Part shown: one piece after another, positions 26,676 to 40,793 of the stretch | How positions within the stretch are numbered: the stretch's first letter is position 1 | How the letters are laid out: every line of letters starts with the position of its first letter | DNA from: Lama glama | Taxonomy: Eukaryota | Length of the DNA stretch: 64,000 nucleotides | Assembly: GCA_028534125.1 (NCBI GenBank) | Contig: CM052816.1 | Location: forward strand, 92,320,001-92,384,000 | Direction: 5' to 3' | Translations under genes and position numbers: made by a program | The notes under the pieces: generated by a model | Told to the model about the DNA's origin: nothing | Seen by the model: the letters and a program-made list of their open reading frames with translations, nothing else | The model's database searches: none

Positions 26676-27079
26676 CCTCCTCACAGATTAGCTGTGAGCC
26701 ACGAATTGTCAACTTGGAGGTTCAACATACACAAGCTTATGGAAAACCCAATTCAAAATGTATTATTTAGTGTCTATTATTATCCTGGGTTGGAGATGGG
26801 AAGTAAGAGAGTGAAGAGATGGAATAATATTTTAAATCATTCCCCACCTCAGGAAATTTAATATTTTGTGGTAGATATCAGACATAAACTAGAAATAAAG
26901 ACTAATGCAGCTCTCGTTCTGATCACCAAGATATAGAACAGAAGAGAAATGATCAAAGTGAGCTAGAATTATACTGGATATCTTTGTAAAAGACATGATA
27001 TGTTCAAAGAGCTTTTTAAAGTAAATAGACCTTGGGTAAATAGCAAGAATAAAAATGTAAACTTTATTAAATATATTTA

Positions 27080-27578
27080 CAGGCATAGCTTAGAGAAACT
27101 TCAGGTTCAGTTCCAGACCACAACAATAAAGTGAATTAATTGCACTAAAGCAAGTTAGTTACACAAGATTCATTGGTTGCTCAGGACATTTAAAGTCATG
27201 TTCACACTATGTAATCTATTAAGTGTGCAATAGCATTGTCTTTAAAAAAACAATGTATATACCTTAATTTAAAAACATGTTATTGCTAAAATACACTAAC
27301 CACCATCTGTGCCTTGAGCAACTCATAGTTGGTAACATCAAATCTCACTGATCACAGATCACCACAACACATATAATGATGAAAAAGTTCGAAATATTGG
27401 GAGAATTATGAAAATGTGATGCAGAGACAGGAAGTGAGCAAATGCTGTTGACAAAATGTCCTCCATAGACTTGCTGAACATAGGGTTGCCAAAAACCTTC
27501 AGTTTGTAAAAAAAAAAAAAAAAATGCACTACCTATGAAATGCAATAAAACAAAGTGCAATAAAACAAGACATGCCTA
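27080..27578 (-). mobile_element. Internally deleted Tigger1 derivative (TcMar DNA transposon)
   Basis: CAGGCAT…ATGCCT(A) inverted termini with TA on both sides. Both Tigger1 ends present (gttccagaccacaacaataaag; cactgatcacagatcacc; aaccttcagtttgtaaaaaa), no transposase. Confidence 0.9.
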
Positions 27579-28159
27579 TAATTACAGACAGTTTATGTTA
27601 TTCTGGTCATTAAAAAAAAACAGCAAAAGCAAAAGTTCAACAAAGAGGAAAAAGGGAAATGAGAAATAACTACATTTTCATCTTTTCTGTTGTCCATCCA
27701 TCTGATTCACTAAGAATTGCCAGATCTAAGGTTTGGAGAGCCAGGATGAAGTATCTTTTGTGTTTCACGGTAATGAGCCAAATGCAAGTTGGCAAATCAT
27801 CAAACACTCACCTATACGAAGACCCTTCCAGAAACCTGAAAGTCAGGCGGTGGTGGTGGTGTTTTTGTGTGGTACAAGCAGAATCCACCCTAAAACTGAC
27901 TTTTGTTTTTCAGGTCCCTGTTCAGATGTAAGAGTGAGTTAACAGTTACCAACATATGATGCTATCAGGTTACATCACTGACCTGGCAAGGGGCTTCCTG
28001 GATGTTTTATTCTTTAGCAACTATAGAAAAATCAAAATTTATAAAAGTGCATAAGGCGTAAATCTGTGCTCTAATTAAATTTGCCTCAAACCCTCTTCTC
28101 AGAAGAGGAATAAATGAGAAAAAAAACATGCATGAGATTTATATGTCTGCTGTCCATAA

Positions 28160-28520
28160 TTGTTTTCTTTTGGTTTAATTTTGTTTCACTATGTAAAACA
28201 TGATTGTTCTCAAAGCCAAAAGGCGATAATACGGTACATTCAGAGAAGTCCTCCCTCCATCTCTAGTCCATCCTGGTCTCTTTTTTCCCCCAAAGATAAA
28301 CACTTGAATCATTTTTCTTTATATTTCCATTGTGTCTTTTCACAAATAAAAGCAAATACACAAGGCACACACAAACATACTCATACTTCTCTCTGCTTTG
28401 ACACCCTCAAATAGCATTCCATTTCATCGCTTGGCACCTTGCTTTTTTCACTTATCAAAATAGTCTGCAGCTCCCTCCATATCAGTATGTAGAAATCTTC
28501 TCCATCCGCTTTCATAGCAC
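28160..28520 (-). mobile_element. Old L1ME-like fragment
   Basis: caccttgctttttcactta…tccatatcagtatgtaga degenerate 3' UTR motifs. Confidence 0.5.
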
Positions 28521-31500
28521 AACATTTTGAAGCATCTGTGTGGTCTCTTTGCAAATACTATTGAAGAAGTTATTAAAAGTGAAAACTGTAACTCTTGACA
28601 GACTGTAGCTAGCAAAGTTTAGCTTATCTACAGCAGATGTTCGATTTCAGGATCATTTGCCCATGACACCTCCTACCTCCAATTGTTGGAATACGCTGAG
28701 AGCACACAGATTGGCTTTGATAATTAGGCCAGTCAAATTATAACTAGGCTTTGGGCTGGAATGACACAGAGATGACAAAAGTAAAACCTGAAGTTTGGGG
28801 AAAGACACGACTTCTCCTTTTGCTCTCTGGAAGCTTGAAAACAGGCAGAAATCATGACTTCATCAAATAGGACAATATTTATAGAATCATAATTAAGTAG
28901 CGTAGAATCAGAAGCTCCCCCAACCATATTCACAGTGAGCCATGCAGTAAAACTGCACTAGGCCCAGATGGAGAACCACAAGGCTTGGATTTATGTCTGC
29001 TCTACTATCTTGGAGGGTTTACTGATCATTTCAAAACTAGACATCAATATTTGGGACTAAACCTTCCATCAAAACCATGTGTTGAGTAAGTTGGTTACAC
29101 TGAGTATATGACATGGGCTAATCATGTGTGCCCAGTGTAGGTGACTGTATAAAGCCCATCCCACACAAATCTTTATGGCAGCTGCTTCCAGACCATGCCC
29201 ATTGCTATGCTTCCAATGTGACACCATTGGGCTCCTCAAATCAAGGATATATGAGTTGTAGAGTTCTCGAACTGGATCTTAAACACGATCTTTTATTCTG
29301 TCCTTTGCAGCTGATACTCCTTGCGGGTAACGTGAGCATATCCATTTATGACCAACTGCAGAAAAAAAGTAAATCAGAAGTGTATGTAACTTTAATTTCT
29401 CTTTTTCACATTAGCGTCTTCCGCACTTGGCATTAATAATTTTAGGCATTAAAATAATAGCATGTTGGTCGTTTATGAAATTGTTTTGGGAAGAATAACT
29501 TTTCCCGTGCTGTGAAATCAATGCTAACTTGTACTTCTAAGGAAGTTTTGGAAATATTTTTTAAAAACACTTTTTCTTTTTATAAACTTTTATATGCCTA
29601 TTTTGGTCAATACTGAAAAGTATAAAAGAAAAGTAAGTACTAACACTATGCAGCTATAACTAACCACTGTTAATAGTTGAGCGTGGTTCCTCCCAGTATT
29701 TTTTCCTACATGTACATAATTTTTTTCTTACATGGTTGATTATACAGTCTGTAAATCTTATACCAATCTTTGGCCAAAAGCAATCAAATCTAAACTAAAA
29801 ACCTTGTAAAAGGAAAGTAAAGCTGTACCCTCTGAAAGAGAACACTCTCTGAATCTAATTTAAATGACTCTGTGATCTCTTCTTGGGTTCTGGGTAATTT
29901 TAAAAATTTCCCATTCATTATCATCACCTGTATTCTAGACATCTTTTCAAACAACTGCTGAGTTTAAAAAGAGGAAGAGAGAGAGGCCAAAAACTCCCCT
30001 TGAAATCTACCTGATTTTTGACTCTTTGACCAAAAAAAAAGAAAGTAATTAATTGTTCCATTCAGTTCCACAATGCTATAGTGTGACTGAAATTCAAAGC
30101 CCTTTCAAATCTAAAAAGTGCTCTTAGCCATAATCAAAGATGGCACTATTAAATCACTTATTTTAAAAAGTATACTTAGAGTGCTTAAACAAGGATGATG
30201 ACCTTTCATTGATTCACTGGAACTTTCTCGCCATTCCTCCTTAAGACCAAAGGTGTGCGACTGCATCAGTCAGCGCAGCAAGGTTGGCCCGTCCTTGTCC
30301 AGGGACCAACCAAAGCAAACGAGACTTCCTGAGGATCGATTGAGAACCTCATCAACCCCACGTTCTAGACAAAGGTCAGTGTCATTAGATTGCTTAAGGC
30401 AAAATTGCTAGACTACAGAATGGATAAACCGTTAAGATGATATTTGCTTTAGAAAAAAAAAAAGAACTCCTTCCCTGAGAATTCCTTTAAATAATAGGCT
30501 CTCTTTGGATATTTAAAATAAAGATCCAACTCTATTAAAACACACCTTTCAGGAACCTGCTGTTGAGGAAAGTCCTGCACACGAGAACTTCCTGTTTTGC
30601 TGGGAAATCTCTAAAATAATACTACTGGACACATCTAACACAATAAATAATTACCAGAATTTCATTTTAATTATAGGGGATGTGATCTGAGGTTACATCA
30701 GAGCTGTAAGGTAAATTAGCTTCCTATTTCTCAAGGCCCTGTTCTGTGTGGAATTCTAAAAGGTCTTTTCAAGGGCAGAAAACATCGGATATTTTCAAAT
30801 AATTGTGAAATCCGTGAACCCTGGAGGTCGAGGTCTCAAGCTCACTATGAATACAAGCTTTACGACGCGAAATGCGAGGTAACAGGCTCCTTCCTAGGTG
30901 CAAGAATTACTTATTAGTTTTAATAATAAATTATTTTAATTCATTATGCTTCGTAAACCGAAAGATGAATGGGGGACGGTAGTGCAAAATAATATGAGTA
31001 AGACAGGCTACACAGTTTGCCGGACCCTCTTCTAAAAATTACTAATTTCAAGAGGGCCACAGCAGAGCATTAAGCCAAGTGCAACTCCCTCAAAGTGCCA
31101 GGTCCTTTGCGAGCCCACAGGTCGCACGCGAAGCCCGCCCTGCACGGGAAGCCTTTCCCCTCCTCTGTTGTACAGAGATCTCCACGCACGCACGCAATCC
31201 CTCCCTCCTCTGGGTGCTTTTCATTCCAGGGGCCTCAGCCCTCCGGTCATCGAGCGCTGGGTGCTGAGACAGATGCTGACTTTGCTGCCACGCTGTTCTT
31301 AATTTTAGATAAAGCATCACAACTATTCTTTATCCTGAAATCACTGGGGCACAGTATTATAAAACAGATTTTTCTTTTTCTCCTTTATCGCAGAGACACA
31401 CTTTTCGAGTTTTGTTGTTGTTGCCTCCAGTAGTGGTGCAGTGGGGGGACTCTCAGCTGACAGCAAACTCTGCTGGAGGCAGATCTGAGCATCCCAAAGG

Positions 31501-32341
31501 GCAGCCCCCGACATCCCGGGTGCCTGCGGGGACCGTCCCTGCGGCCCTCTGCACATTTTCCCCCAGGATGCGGGTCACCATCGCCCTTGGACACGCTGAG
31601 AGATGCTCCTTTTCTCGGTCTCTCCCGCCGGCCCAGAGCGACACACGCATCTCTCCAGGGCCTCCAGCTCTCCAGATGGGCCCGAAGCAGGTCTCCGGCC
31701 AGGAACGGCCTCCTCCGCACGTCCCCACCCGCCTCAAGGCGGCCACCGAGGGAGAGGGCCCGCGCAGCGCCCGCCAGGGAGGTGGAGCGGGGCTTCCCAA
31801 ACTCGCTCCCTCTCGGCCCCTGCGCGCCTCATCTCTCCACGTGCGTCCGCGCTCAGGTCGCCGGCCCCTGCTGCCGGTTTCCCACACGTCTCGGCCCTTC
31901 CCGGGGCTGTGCGGGCACCCCAGTCGCGGGCCCCACAAAGCTGGGGCGACAGGGCCGGGCCGCTGAGCCCCGGGGAGCCTCCCGATCCCTGGGTGCGCCC
32001 GCCCATCAGGCTCCCCCCGCTGCGCCCTCCGGCTCCGGATGGCGCGCCGCCCCCAGCTCGCTTCCCCCGCAGCCTCGCGCCGCCGCCCTCGGCCGGCAGG
32101 GGTACCGCGGTGAGTCCCGCCCCGCGCGCCCGGACGCGGCGGATGCGGCGGCCCCGCGGCCTGTGCGTGCGCAGCGCCCCGCGCGGCCGCGCCGAGCGCA
32201 GGCGGCGGCGGAGGGAAGGAGGGCGCCGCCCGCCCGGCCCGGCCCCTTCCCCAGGCCGCCGCCCGCCCGTCCTCCCGCCCCCCGGGGCCGCCAGCGGTGT
32301 CCGCGCCTCCGCGCCCGCCCCTGATTTCCTCCGCACCGTGC

Positions 32342-32345
<4 letters not shown>

Positions 32346-32372
<27 letters not shown>
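32346..32372 (+). repeat. (GGC)9 trinucleotide repeat in ANKH promoter
   Basis: Nine perfect GGC units, read directly. Confidence 0.97.
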
Positions 32373-32378
<6 letters not shown>

Positions 32379-32445
32379 TGCGCGCGGTTATTTATTTCCG
32401 GGCCCCAGAGCGCTTATAATGGAGCCGCTGTCAGCAGAACCTTCT

Positions 32446-32484
32446 GCTGCCGCTGCCGCTGCCGCCGCCGCCGCCGCCGCCGCC
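32446..32484 (+). repeat. GCT/GCC trinucleotide repeat, 13 units ending in (GCC)8
   Basis: GCT GCC GCT GCC GCT (GCC)8, read directly. Confidence 0.97.
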
Positions 32485-32538
32485 GTCCCTCCTCTTTTTT
32501 TTCCCGGCAGATCTTTGTTGTGTGGGAGGGCAGCAGGG

Positions 32539-32565
32539 ATGGACTTGAGCTTGCCGATCTTCTAG
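32539..32565 (+). promoter_or_regulatory. Upstream ORF (MDLSLPIF*) in ANKH leader
   Basis: gggATGg strong context, TAG at 32563-32565. Translation not demonstrated. Confidence 0.6.
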
Positions 32566-32994
<429 letters not shown>

Positions 32995-35963
32995 TGAAAC
33001 GTTTGGTTGGGTTTACTGTTTGTCAAGGATGACTTTCCAGCATTCCATTCCCCCTCCCCCCAATTATTCAGCAGACTTTTCCAGCTCTCCCTGGAAAATG
33101 TTAAAAGACCGGAGGGTTTGGCGCTTCACCTATAGAAGGGTTTTTAGTGCACAGAAGGAGTATTATGTAATTTGTGATTATGTAAACCTTTGGTTTGTAA
33201 GTAAAATGTAGTTTCTGATAGCTCGAGTGCTGGGGTTTTATTTAGCCCGGGTCTGTGGTGATGGTGATGATTTGTATTAGAATGTGTCCAAGTTGATTTC
33301 CCAGGTACTTGTAATATATTTTTTTTAAGCTGAGGTATGGATTAGAGGTGTCCCAAACGTGTCCTGATAAGCCGACCACTGGCCATCTCTGGTTTGGGGT
33401 TTCTTTTTTCCCCCCTCTTGGACCACCAGAGAAGGGGAGCACATTTTTGTTTGTTGCCTTCTCATCCTTGTTTCTTTTTCATGTTTTCCCCCATTTCTCT
33501 CCATGTGGCGTCATTGCAAATCTAGCGCTGCAGACTCTCCAGCAGCGGGGCATTGGGACTCTGCACTTTGCCGATGGGGACCGTTTTCGCAGGCCTTCAG
33601 CGGGGTGCATTTGCATTTTTAAGGCTGGGAAGAGGCTGGAGGGTTGAGGGGGGCAGCCTGTCACCTTGATGGGCAGGTGTCAGGTGTCAGAACTGGCCCC
33701 GAGGTGGGACTGAACAGCTCTTCTGCTGTCGTAGTGCCTTATTTCTTTTCCTTTAAGTGAGGAGACCTCGAAAGATGTTTATTTAGGAAAGGCACCTATT
33801 TTGATGCACCTTTAGTTTAAAAAAATTTTTTTTCAGAAGGGTTTTTTTTGACTCCTCCATTTGTTGAATATCTGCTTGCATTTGTCTGTCTGTGCTCAGA
33901 ACTTTTGATAGATTGCAAGGTTTAAGCTCCCTGAGACTTAGCCCACCTTGTAAACTACTTTCTGCTTCTAATTTTGTTGCTGACAAGAGTTCACAATGTA
34001 GCATAACCTCTGTGTCTGGCTAGTAAGCCTCCTAATTCCCTTTGATGAAATACTGTATCTTTTCTGTTGCCACTTTGCTCTGCCAGTACCTCCCCAGGGT
34101 ACCCCAAGGGCTTCTCTGCTGCTCCACCTTTTCCCCGCCCACCTCCCCTTCTTGCATAATTAACTGGTGACTTTGGGTGTTTCCTCTAATCTTTGAAAAG
34201 GGTTTTAGACCTGAATTTATTCCATGGCACATTTTAGATAAGGGCTACATGTTCACCTCCACCTTTTACTATTTTAAGGCTTATCTTCTTGGAGCTGCCC
34301 TGAGGGTTGTCAGAGAGCCCAGGCTTCTCACTGAATCACTTCTCCCTGAACTGTAGCACACATGTGTGTTAGTTACGCAGGGATAACTGGGAGAAATGAG
34401 TATCTTTGCCATAGTTAAATGGCCTGAAACATACCACAGTATTGCCTCACATCTGCCTTGATTTCATACAAGGACTGGATTTTAGTGTAAGTGATAGGGT
34501 CTCCCAGAGGTTACAAAAGGGAGGCTAGACATAAGAGACAAATATACAGGAGGTCTAGCCTAGTGGGTCTAATAATTCAAACTCATCCTTGAGACATTGC
34601 TAACCTCCTTATCGTAGGTGACATAAGCAAAGTGCTAGAAAAGCTGTCTAGTTGCAGAAAAGCAAGTTTTATCAACAAGTATCCTTTGAGGTCCTTATCC
34701 CTTAAGTGCCGGTGTGTTTATGAGGTTACAGGCTGCCTGGTGGTGGAGATATTTTATCAGAGTTTGGGATGGAGAGATGGGGGAAGAAATGGATACTTGC
34801 TTTGCCTTCTGGCACCAGATGATAATTTTGCCAAATGGCACAGGGTGAAAAGCACAGAGCTTACTTTTTCTTACTATTAAATGGAAGGGCAAGAATTGCA
34901 GTGAGAGCTAGAGTGGCCTGATCATGTGTGGACTATGAATAAAAGAGCATTTTACCTCAAGTTTTGAGGCCCAGTAAAGAGGAGGGAAAATGAACCTATT
35001 TGCAAAAGTGGGTCTACATTAGACTTCTGAAAGTGTGAGGCTCTTAACATGGATTTTTGTCGAGTTCTTCTAGACAGATGGACACATGTAAATTTTTACC
35101 ATTCTTTCAGAGTGGGCAGGTGTATTTCACATTGCTGTGAGTGATATAATGATTCATGTTTCAGTAATTTACTAAGCCTAAAGCGACATAGGAGTGACAT
35201 AGGAGTCCAAAGGTCAAAACACTCCCTGGTTCACAAGCTTTCGAGAGGATGAAGAAATGCAAGATTAAGAATATAAAACATCTCATAGCTTTTAAGTCTC
35301 TGACTTGTCAAAAACAAAAGGCTAGTGAAATCATTTTATGTTTCTTAAATGAGGGGTTTTTAAAAATTATAAACATACCAGTTTGTGGTTTCTATAGAAA
35401 AGGTGGACAGGACTTTTAAAATGAAAATCCAGCTAAATACAAGATTCCACTGACATTTGCATAAGCGGCACATGGACTGAGTAAGGGGATTACACATCAA
35501 CCATCTCAGGGCTGTTAGTGTTGGCGTGGGGCATGGGGGTGTGAAGAAACCACCCAGGGCCCCTCAATATTTTCCGTGAATGTTATTATCTGTTATGCAT
35601 AACTTGTCCTGTAATGTTATAGCTCAGTCGAGGAAGAAACCAGAATATTAAGGAGTATTTATTTTAACAAAATAGATTATCACATTTTTCAATTTTGGTG
35701 GTAGCAGTAATTTGGGGGTGGGGGCACGTGTTGAAGTCTACACTGAGAACAAAGCTATCTGGAATCAAACAACTTGCTTTTTAATATTAAGCATAGGATA
35801 GGCACCACAGAATAAAATGAGAATATGTCTATTACTGCGGAAACTAAAATAATGTTTGTAAAACCGTTTAGATGAGTAGAACACTTTATGATAATTGCAG
35901 GGTGTGCAGAATTTTCATTTTATCTCAATTTGTACAGGTGGAGAATCAAGAATAATCATTGCT

Positions 35964-36100
35964 GGGGGGGGCAGGGTACAGCTCAAGTGGTAGATAGCAT
36001 GCTTAGCATATATGAGGTCCTGGGTTCAATCCCCAGTACCTCCTCTAAGAATAAATAAATAAACCTAATTACCTCCCTCCACTAAAAAAAAAAAAAAAAA
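35964..36100 (+). mobile_element. Camelid-type tRNA-derived SINE (vic-1-like), intronic, sense
   Basis: gtacagctcaagtggtaga…gaggtcctgggttcaatccccagtacctcc plus poly-A. TSD atcattgct (35955-35963) / atcatcgct (36101-36109). Confidence 0.93.
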
Positions 36101-37696
36101 ATCATCGCTCCCATTCATTGATCTCAGCGCATGTTATGTATGAGGAAAGAATAAGAGGCCAGGAGTGTTAATACACTTGTGCAGGTTTACACAGGCAGTC
36201 CCGACTGAGTCGAGGTTCAAACCGTGGCCACCTGGTCCTTAGCCATTCTCCTCTCTGCTTTCTCACTGAGACCAGCCCAGGAGTTCTTAGAAATTTGGAA
36301 GTAAGTTCTGGCTTTTTTGAGGCCCAGCCTTGGTTTAAATTTAATCTCAGCTGTCATATTTGAATTTTTAAGTCTCAATGGATGTAAGACGCTCATAATG
36401 AGGACTCTCAAGAAAGGGAGATTGCAACCAAGAGTTTCATGTAAGAAGGGCCAGAGTAGCCAGATAGACAATGAACTCAATGCTGTATCTTAGTTTGATG
36501 AGATTGGCATAGCCTTTGGTTAAAAGGGAGGGGGAAAGATAAGCAACAACTGATACTTCACAATAAAGTTATTCAGAAATCACTTAAATCTTTATCATTA
36601 GAGCAGCAGAGGTTGCTAAGGAAAGAGAGAAGACACTAAGGTATATGTTGGACAATGTATTTGGGACAAATGTCCCTTTGATCTCACCATATTCAAGGAC
36701 AGTGATTTCTGTTTAAAATTAAACTTAGAAAGTCTTTGCACTCCTTAAAAGCCAAGTTCACCAAATTATATAGAATAAATCAGTGATATTGTTAAAGGTA
36801 CCTAATGACACTCAAAATATTAAAGACAGCTTTGCTATGAAAACTTGAAAGCTTCTCACTTAAGAAGCAATGTGTTCTGCTAGTGCCAGGTCCTGGTCTC
36901 CTCTTTGACCCTCAAGTGATAAACTGAGGTATTTCAGATGGTCCTGGGTGAATGACTGAGTTCGGGTGGGTCCAATAGGATCCTTCAGAGACCCAAGGGA
37001 TTTATCTGTGAATGAAGAGTTTTGTATATGGATTGTTACATATTGGAGTGAGATGTGTTTCTTCAGCCCCCCTTTCTAACTTCAGAAACCTAGAGTTAGG
37101 CTTCCACGGTATAAGAAGGTCTCAAATTACCAACATCACAAAATGGGAAGAAAGAGAAGACCAGGAAGAGGAGCTTGATCAATGTTCTCCTTGTCTACTA
37201 AGCAGAGCAATGCACCCCCACCCCCTAGAAAACGTCACCGTTAAACCAGGAGGTACAGGAATGTTTAAGAAGTGAGTGTTGTGCCTGGCACTGGCCACGA
37301 CCCGGAAGAGACTCTCCATTCAAGGTCACTGAGTGATGAAAGAGACCTCCCCAGGCAGCGCTCACCCTAAGGAATAACAAAAGTGTCCATTGGATGCACC
37401 ACTTTCCAAAGTGCTTACAGACAGAAGAGTAAATCCCTGGTTAAGTTTCTAAGTAACTGTAGATGGGAGACTTTTTTCCCCTCCAGTCTGTTTGATGTTA
37501 ATGGAATAAATCTCAAAATAACCTTTTTTTTTTCTAATTATAAAAGTTATGCATGCTGTTTAAAGTTTGGTTATTTTTTAAATGGAGGAAAAAAGTATAA
37601 ATACCTTTAATTCCACTCTAAATTGAAAAAGAGAAAAACTTCTTTAACATTTTGGGTATCTCCTGCCAATTTTTTTTTTTTGACATAATTGAGGAT

Positions 37697-37740
37697 ACAC
37701 ACACACACACACACACACGCACGCACACACACACACACGC
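37697..37740. repeat. Interrupted (CA)n microsatellite
   Basis: Direct reading. Confidence 0.95.
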
Positions 37741-38929
37741 ATGTGCATATATACATATATGTGTGTTTCACAGAGCATCTTTGTGCAGTAAGTAGAACAT
37801 GCGTTCTCTCTGGCTGCCTTGGGCTTTGTGCCTGGCATAACTTGGTGCCTATTTCCATTTCTCATTCATGCACAGGAGATGAGGTCACTGGCAGTCCATA
37901 TTTAGTGAAGGGCACTGTGACCTCCTTAGTCCAATTGATACTCATTTCTCCACTGTGTTTCCCAGTTTTCTTTAGATGTACACCTGCGTTTAAAGTACCT
38001 CTCACTGCACTTAGGTGAGTAGATTATTTCTAGAGCCACAAAGGTATAATTGAGCGGTTTGTTTCTTGACTCATTTATTTATTGAGGTGGTTCAGTGACC
38101 AACCTAACTGCTACTTTGTCAGACTTCTTCCCAAGCACATCCTTCTGAAGATAATCGAATCCTTCATACCATGAGACGGTAGCTAAATCTCTTTCTCATA
38201 ATACATCAAATCCTTTAAAAGTGGTTTTAAAAGTGTACCAAGGAGTGTCTATTCACAGTACCATCTCCCTTTTTTGATGTCATGAGCCCAATTTTATGTT
38301 AGTGGCCAGGAATTGGCTTCCCGGTCATTTTGCTCTACCTTGTGTGACCTGGGGCAGCAGGGCAGGTTTTGTTGGGATGGAAGAGCAAGAGAGCACGGAT
38401 GGGAAATCATCCTTTTAATGTCCTATGTGAGCTGGAATAAATAGACCTCGTTAAACTCATACCAGAAGTGCCTTGTGTCATGTGTCCGTTTTAAGAAATC
38501 AATCTGGTATTTTTTTAATACCTGTGACTTTATTAGTTGATGTGGAGATGCAACAGAAACACAGAAAATCCTGTTTTGTGCAGCATTTCCTGGAGATGGG
38601 CTACCTCTGTGAGTGCATTTTCTTGATAACTGAAGCTCACCCTTTAAAATGCAGATCACTGGTTTTCTTTTTCTTTATTCAGTACAAGATTATTGTTGCT
38701 AGAAATCTATATTGCACATTTCTCTACCTTATTGAATAAATACTATATACAAAAAGCGACGGACATTTCTTGGTGGCTTGTGAATGTTGTGTTGGATGAT
38801 CGGCTGACAGGATATCCACTGACAGGTGATATTCAAAATACTTAAAGAGTTGGGCACTAACTGGTAAAATAAAAACAATAAAATAATTATTAATAAAAAT
38901 AGCTAATATGTGTTGAATACTTGCTTTTT

Positions 38930-39251
38930 TATTGAAGTATAGTTGATTCACAATGTTGTGTTAGTTTCTGGTGTACAGCATATTCAGTTATACATGTATT
39001 ATTTTTCATATTTTTTATGACAGATTATTACAAGTTGTTGAATATATTTCTCTGTGCTATATACAGTGGATGATATATCACTTATATGTGAAATCTAGAA
39101 AAAAGACACAAATGAACTTATTTACAAAACAGAGACTCACAGCCATAGAAAGCAAATTTATGGTTACCAAAGGAGAAAGGTGACAGGGGGAGGTAAATTG
39201 GGAGTTTAGGATTAGACGCAAACACAAAATGCAAACACAAAATATACAGAA
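38930..39251 (-). mobile_element. 5'-inverted (twin-primed) L1 insertion
   Basis: Antisense L1 3' end (38930 to about 39069) joined to a sense segment from just upstream in L1 (about 39070-39251). 16-bp TSD TGAATACTTGCTTTTT at 38914-38929 and 39252-39267. Confidence 0.9.
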
Positions 39252-40693
39252 TGAATACTTGCTTTTTAGTTTTCTGCTTTGAACCTGCTCTCGGCCCGAG
39301 AAACTAAAATTCATTAAGATTCCATGGAAAAATGAAGAAAAAATAATTTTGGAGGCCTCCCCGGGGAAAAAAGCATTTACACTTTGGGACACTTAGCTCT
39401 CCTGCTCTGCCCTGCCCTAATTCTGTTTCTGTCCTAGGGAGATTCTCGAGTCAATTTCAGGTAAGTGAACTGTGACTTAGGCAAGTATTGCCTGACTTGA
39501 CACGTCCCCTGCTCTCCGGTTAGGTCCTTGTTAAGAAAACCTACGTGGAACACTTTTGCAGTCAGAGCATCACAGAGCAGAATGCCTCCCTGTCCAGTGC
39601 TGTTGTGATGACACGTGGCAAGGTGCTCAGATAATGGCAGTAACGCGGTGGGTCTGGTCATGGTGATAAATCAGTGAGCTGTGTAGAGGTTGTTCTCATC
39701 GGGTGGTTGTCACTCCCTGCCTCGATCTCTCTATCTCTCTGCACACTCCTGTCACCAAAGCAGATAGCAGCCATCTGCAAAGATGAGAATAGAGCCACAA
39801 GATAAAGAAATTAGCAGACTTCCTATCAAGCCATACAAACCCCAGGTTTGGGTTTTGTTTTCTTTTCTTTCTGCTGTTTCCATGGTTTGGGGGACATTCT
39901 GCTGCTGTTCCAACAACCAAATACTGCTCACGATGCTGAGAACAGATGAGCTTAAAAATGACAAAGACCACAGTTATCTCAGTCAGCTGAAGCCTTCTGC
40001 ATCGCAGCTTTCTGGTTCTATATGGTTGCTTCTCCATGCCAAAAATGTTTTCTGAGTCCATCTTGGGAAGGGAACTAACGACTATTTGTCAGGGCAAAGG
40101 CAGTATTTATTCCCCTAGATAATGAGTGGTCAAGACACAGCTTGTACATCTGATCCAAGAAATGCCACATGGTCCCAGGGGCCAGATGGACCAGCTTCGT
40201 TTCTTGTGTGGGGAGTATATTTTGGTCTAAGTTAGCTCACAGGTCCTAGCTGGCTTTTACAGTTTTTGTGGGATTTTGAGATCACAGTATTGGCGAGGCT
40301 TTCCACGAGTCTGATGCCTGGCGCTGTTACAGGTTGCCTTTCTGTAGGTGGGTCTGTAGGCGTGAGTGCATGGTTCTCTTACTGACATGGGTCCTCATCT
40401 CTGTCCCCAGCCTCAGGGTCAGAGGAGGGGCCGTGTGTATGGTTCCTTCTTCTCGAGCATAAGGAGGCAAGGGCACCCCATCCACCTTCAAGCCCACGTT
40501 CCCAGGAAAAGCACTTCCTGTGCCTTTCGGGCTCCAGTTTGCCTGTCGTCATCCTACTTGGATGGAGACTGCAGCTGGCAGTGGGGACCTGTGACTCCAG
40601 GCTGGGGGGGTGGTTAAAAGTGAAGGTGGGAATCCCAGGATAAGAACTCTCATAGGCGCCTGGAAGGGTGAGGTGAGGCTCTTGGGACATTCA

Positions 40694-40793
40694 NNNNNNN
40701 NNNNNNNNNNNNNNNNNNNNNNNNNNNNNNNNNNNNNNNNNNNNNNNNNNNNNNNNNNNNNNNNNNNNNNNNNNNNNNNNNNNNNNNNNNNNN
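40694..40793. other. Assembly gap (100 N)
   Basis: Run of N. Confidence 1.

Noticed and set aside
31385..32565. Long overlapping ORFs on both strands in the CpG island (up to 320 aa)
   Set aside because: Pro/Arg/Ala/Gly low-complexity translations expected from stop-poor GC-rich DNA. Mostly non-ATG starts and no recognisable domain.
35964..36040. tRNA-like sequence (also at 20022, 21246 and about 62880)
   Set aside because: These are SINE heads with A-tails and, in most copies, TSDs. No intact cloverleaf, so not tRNA genes.
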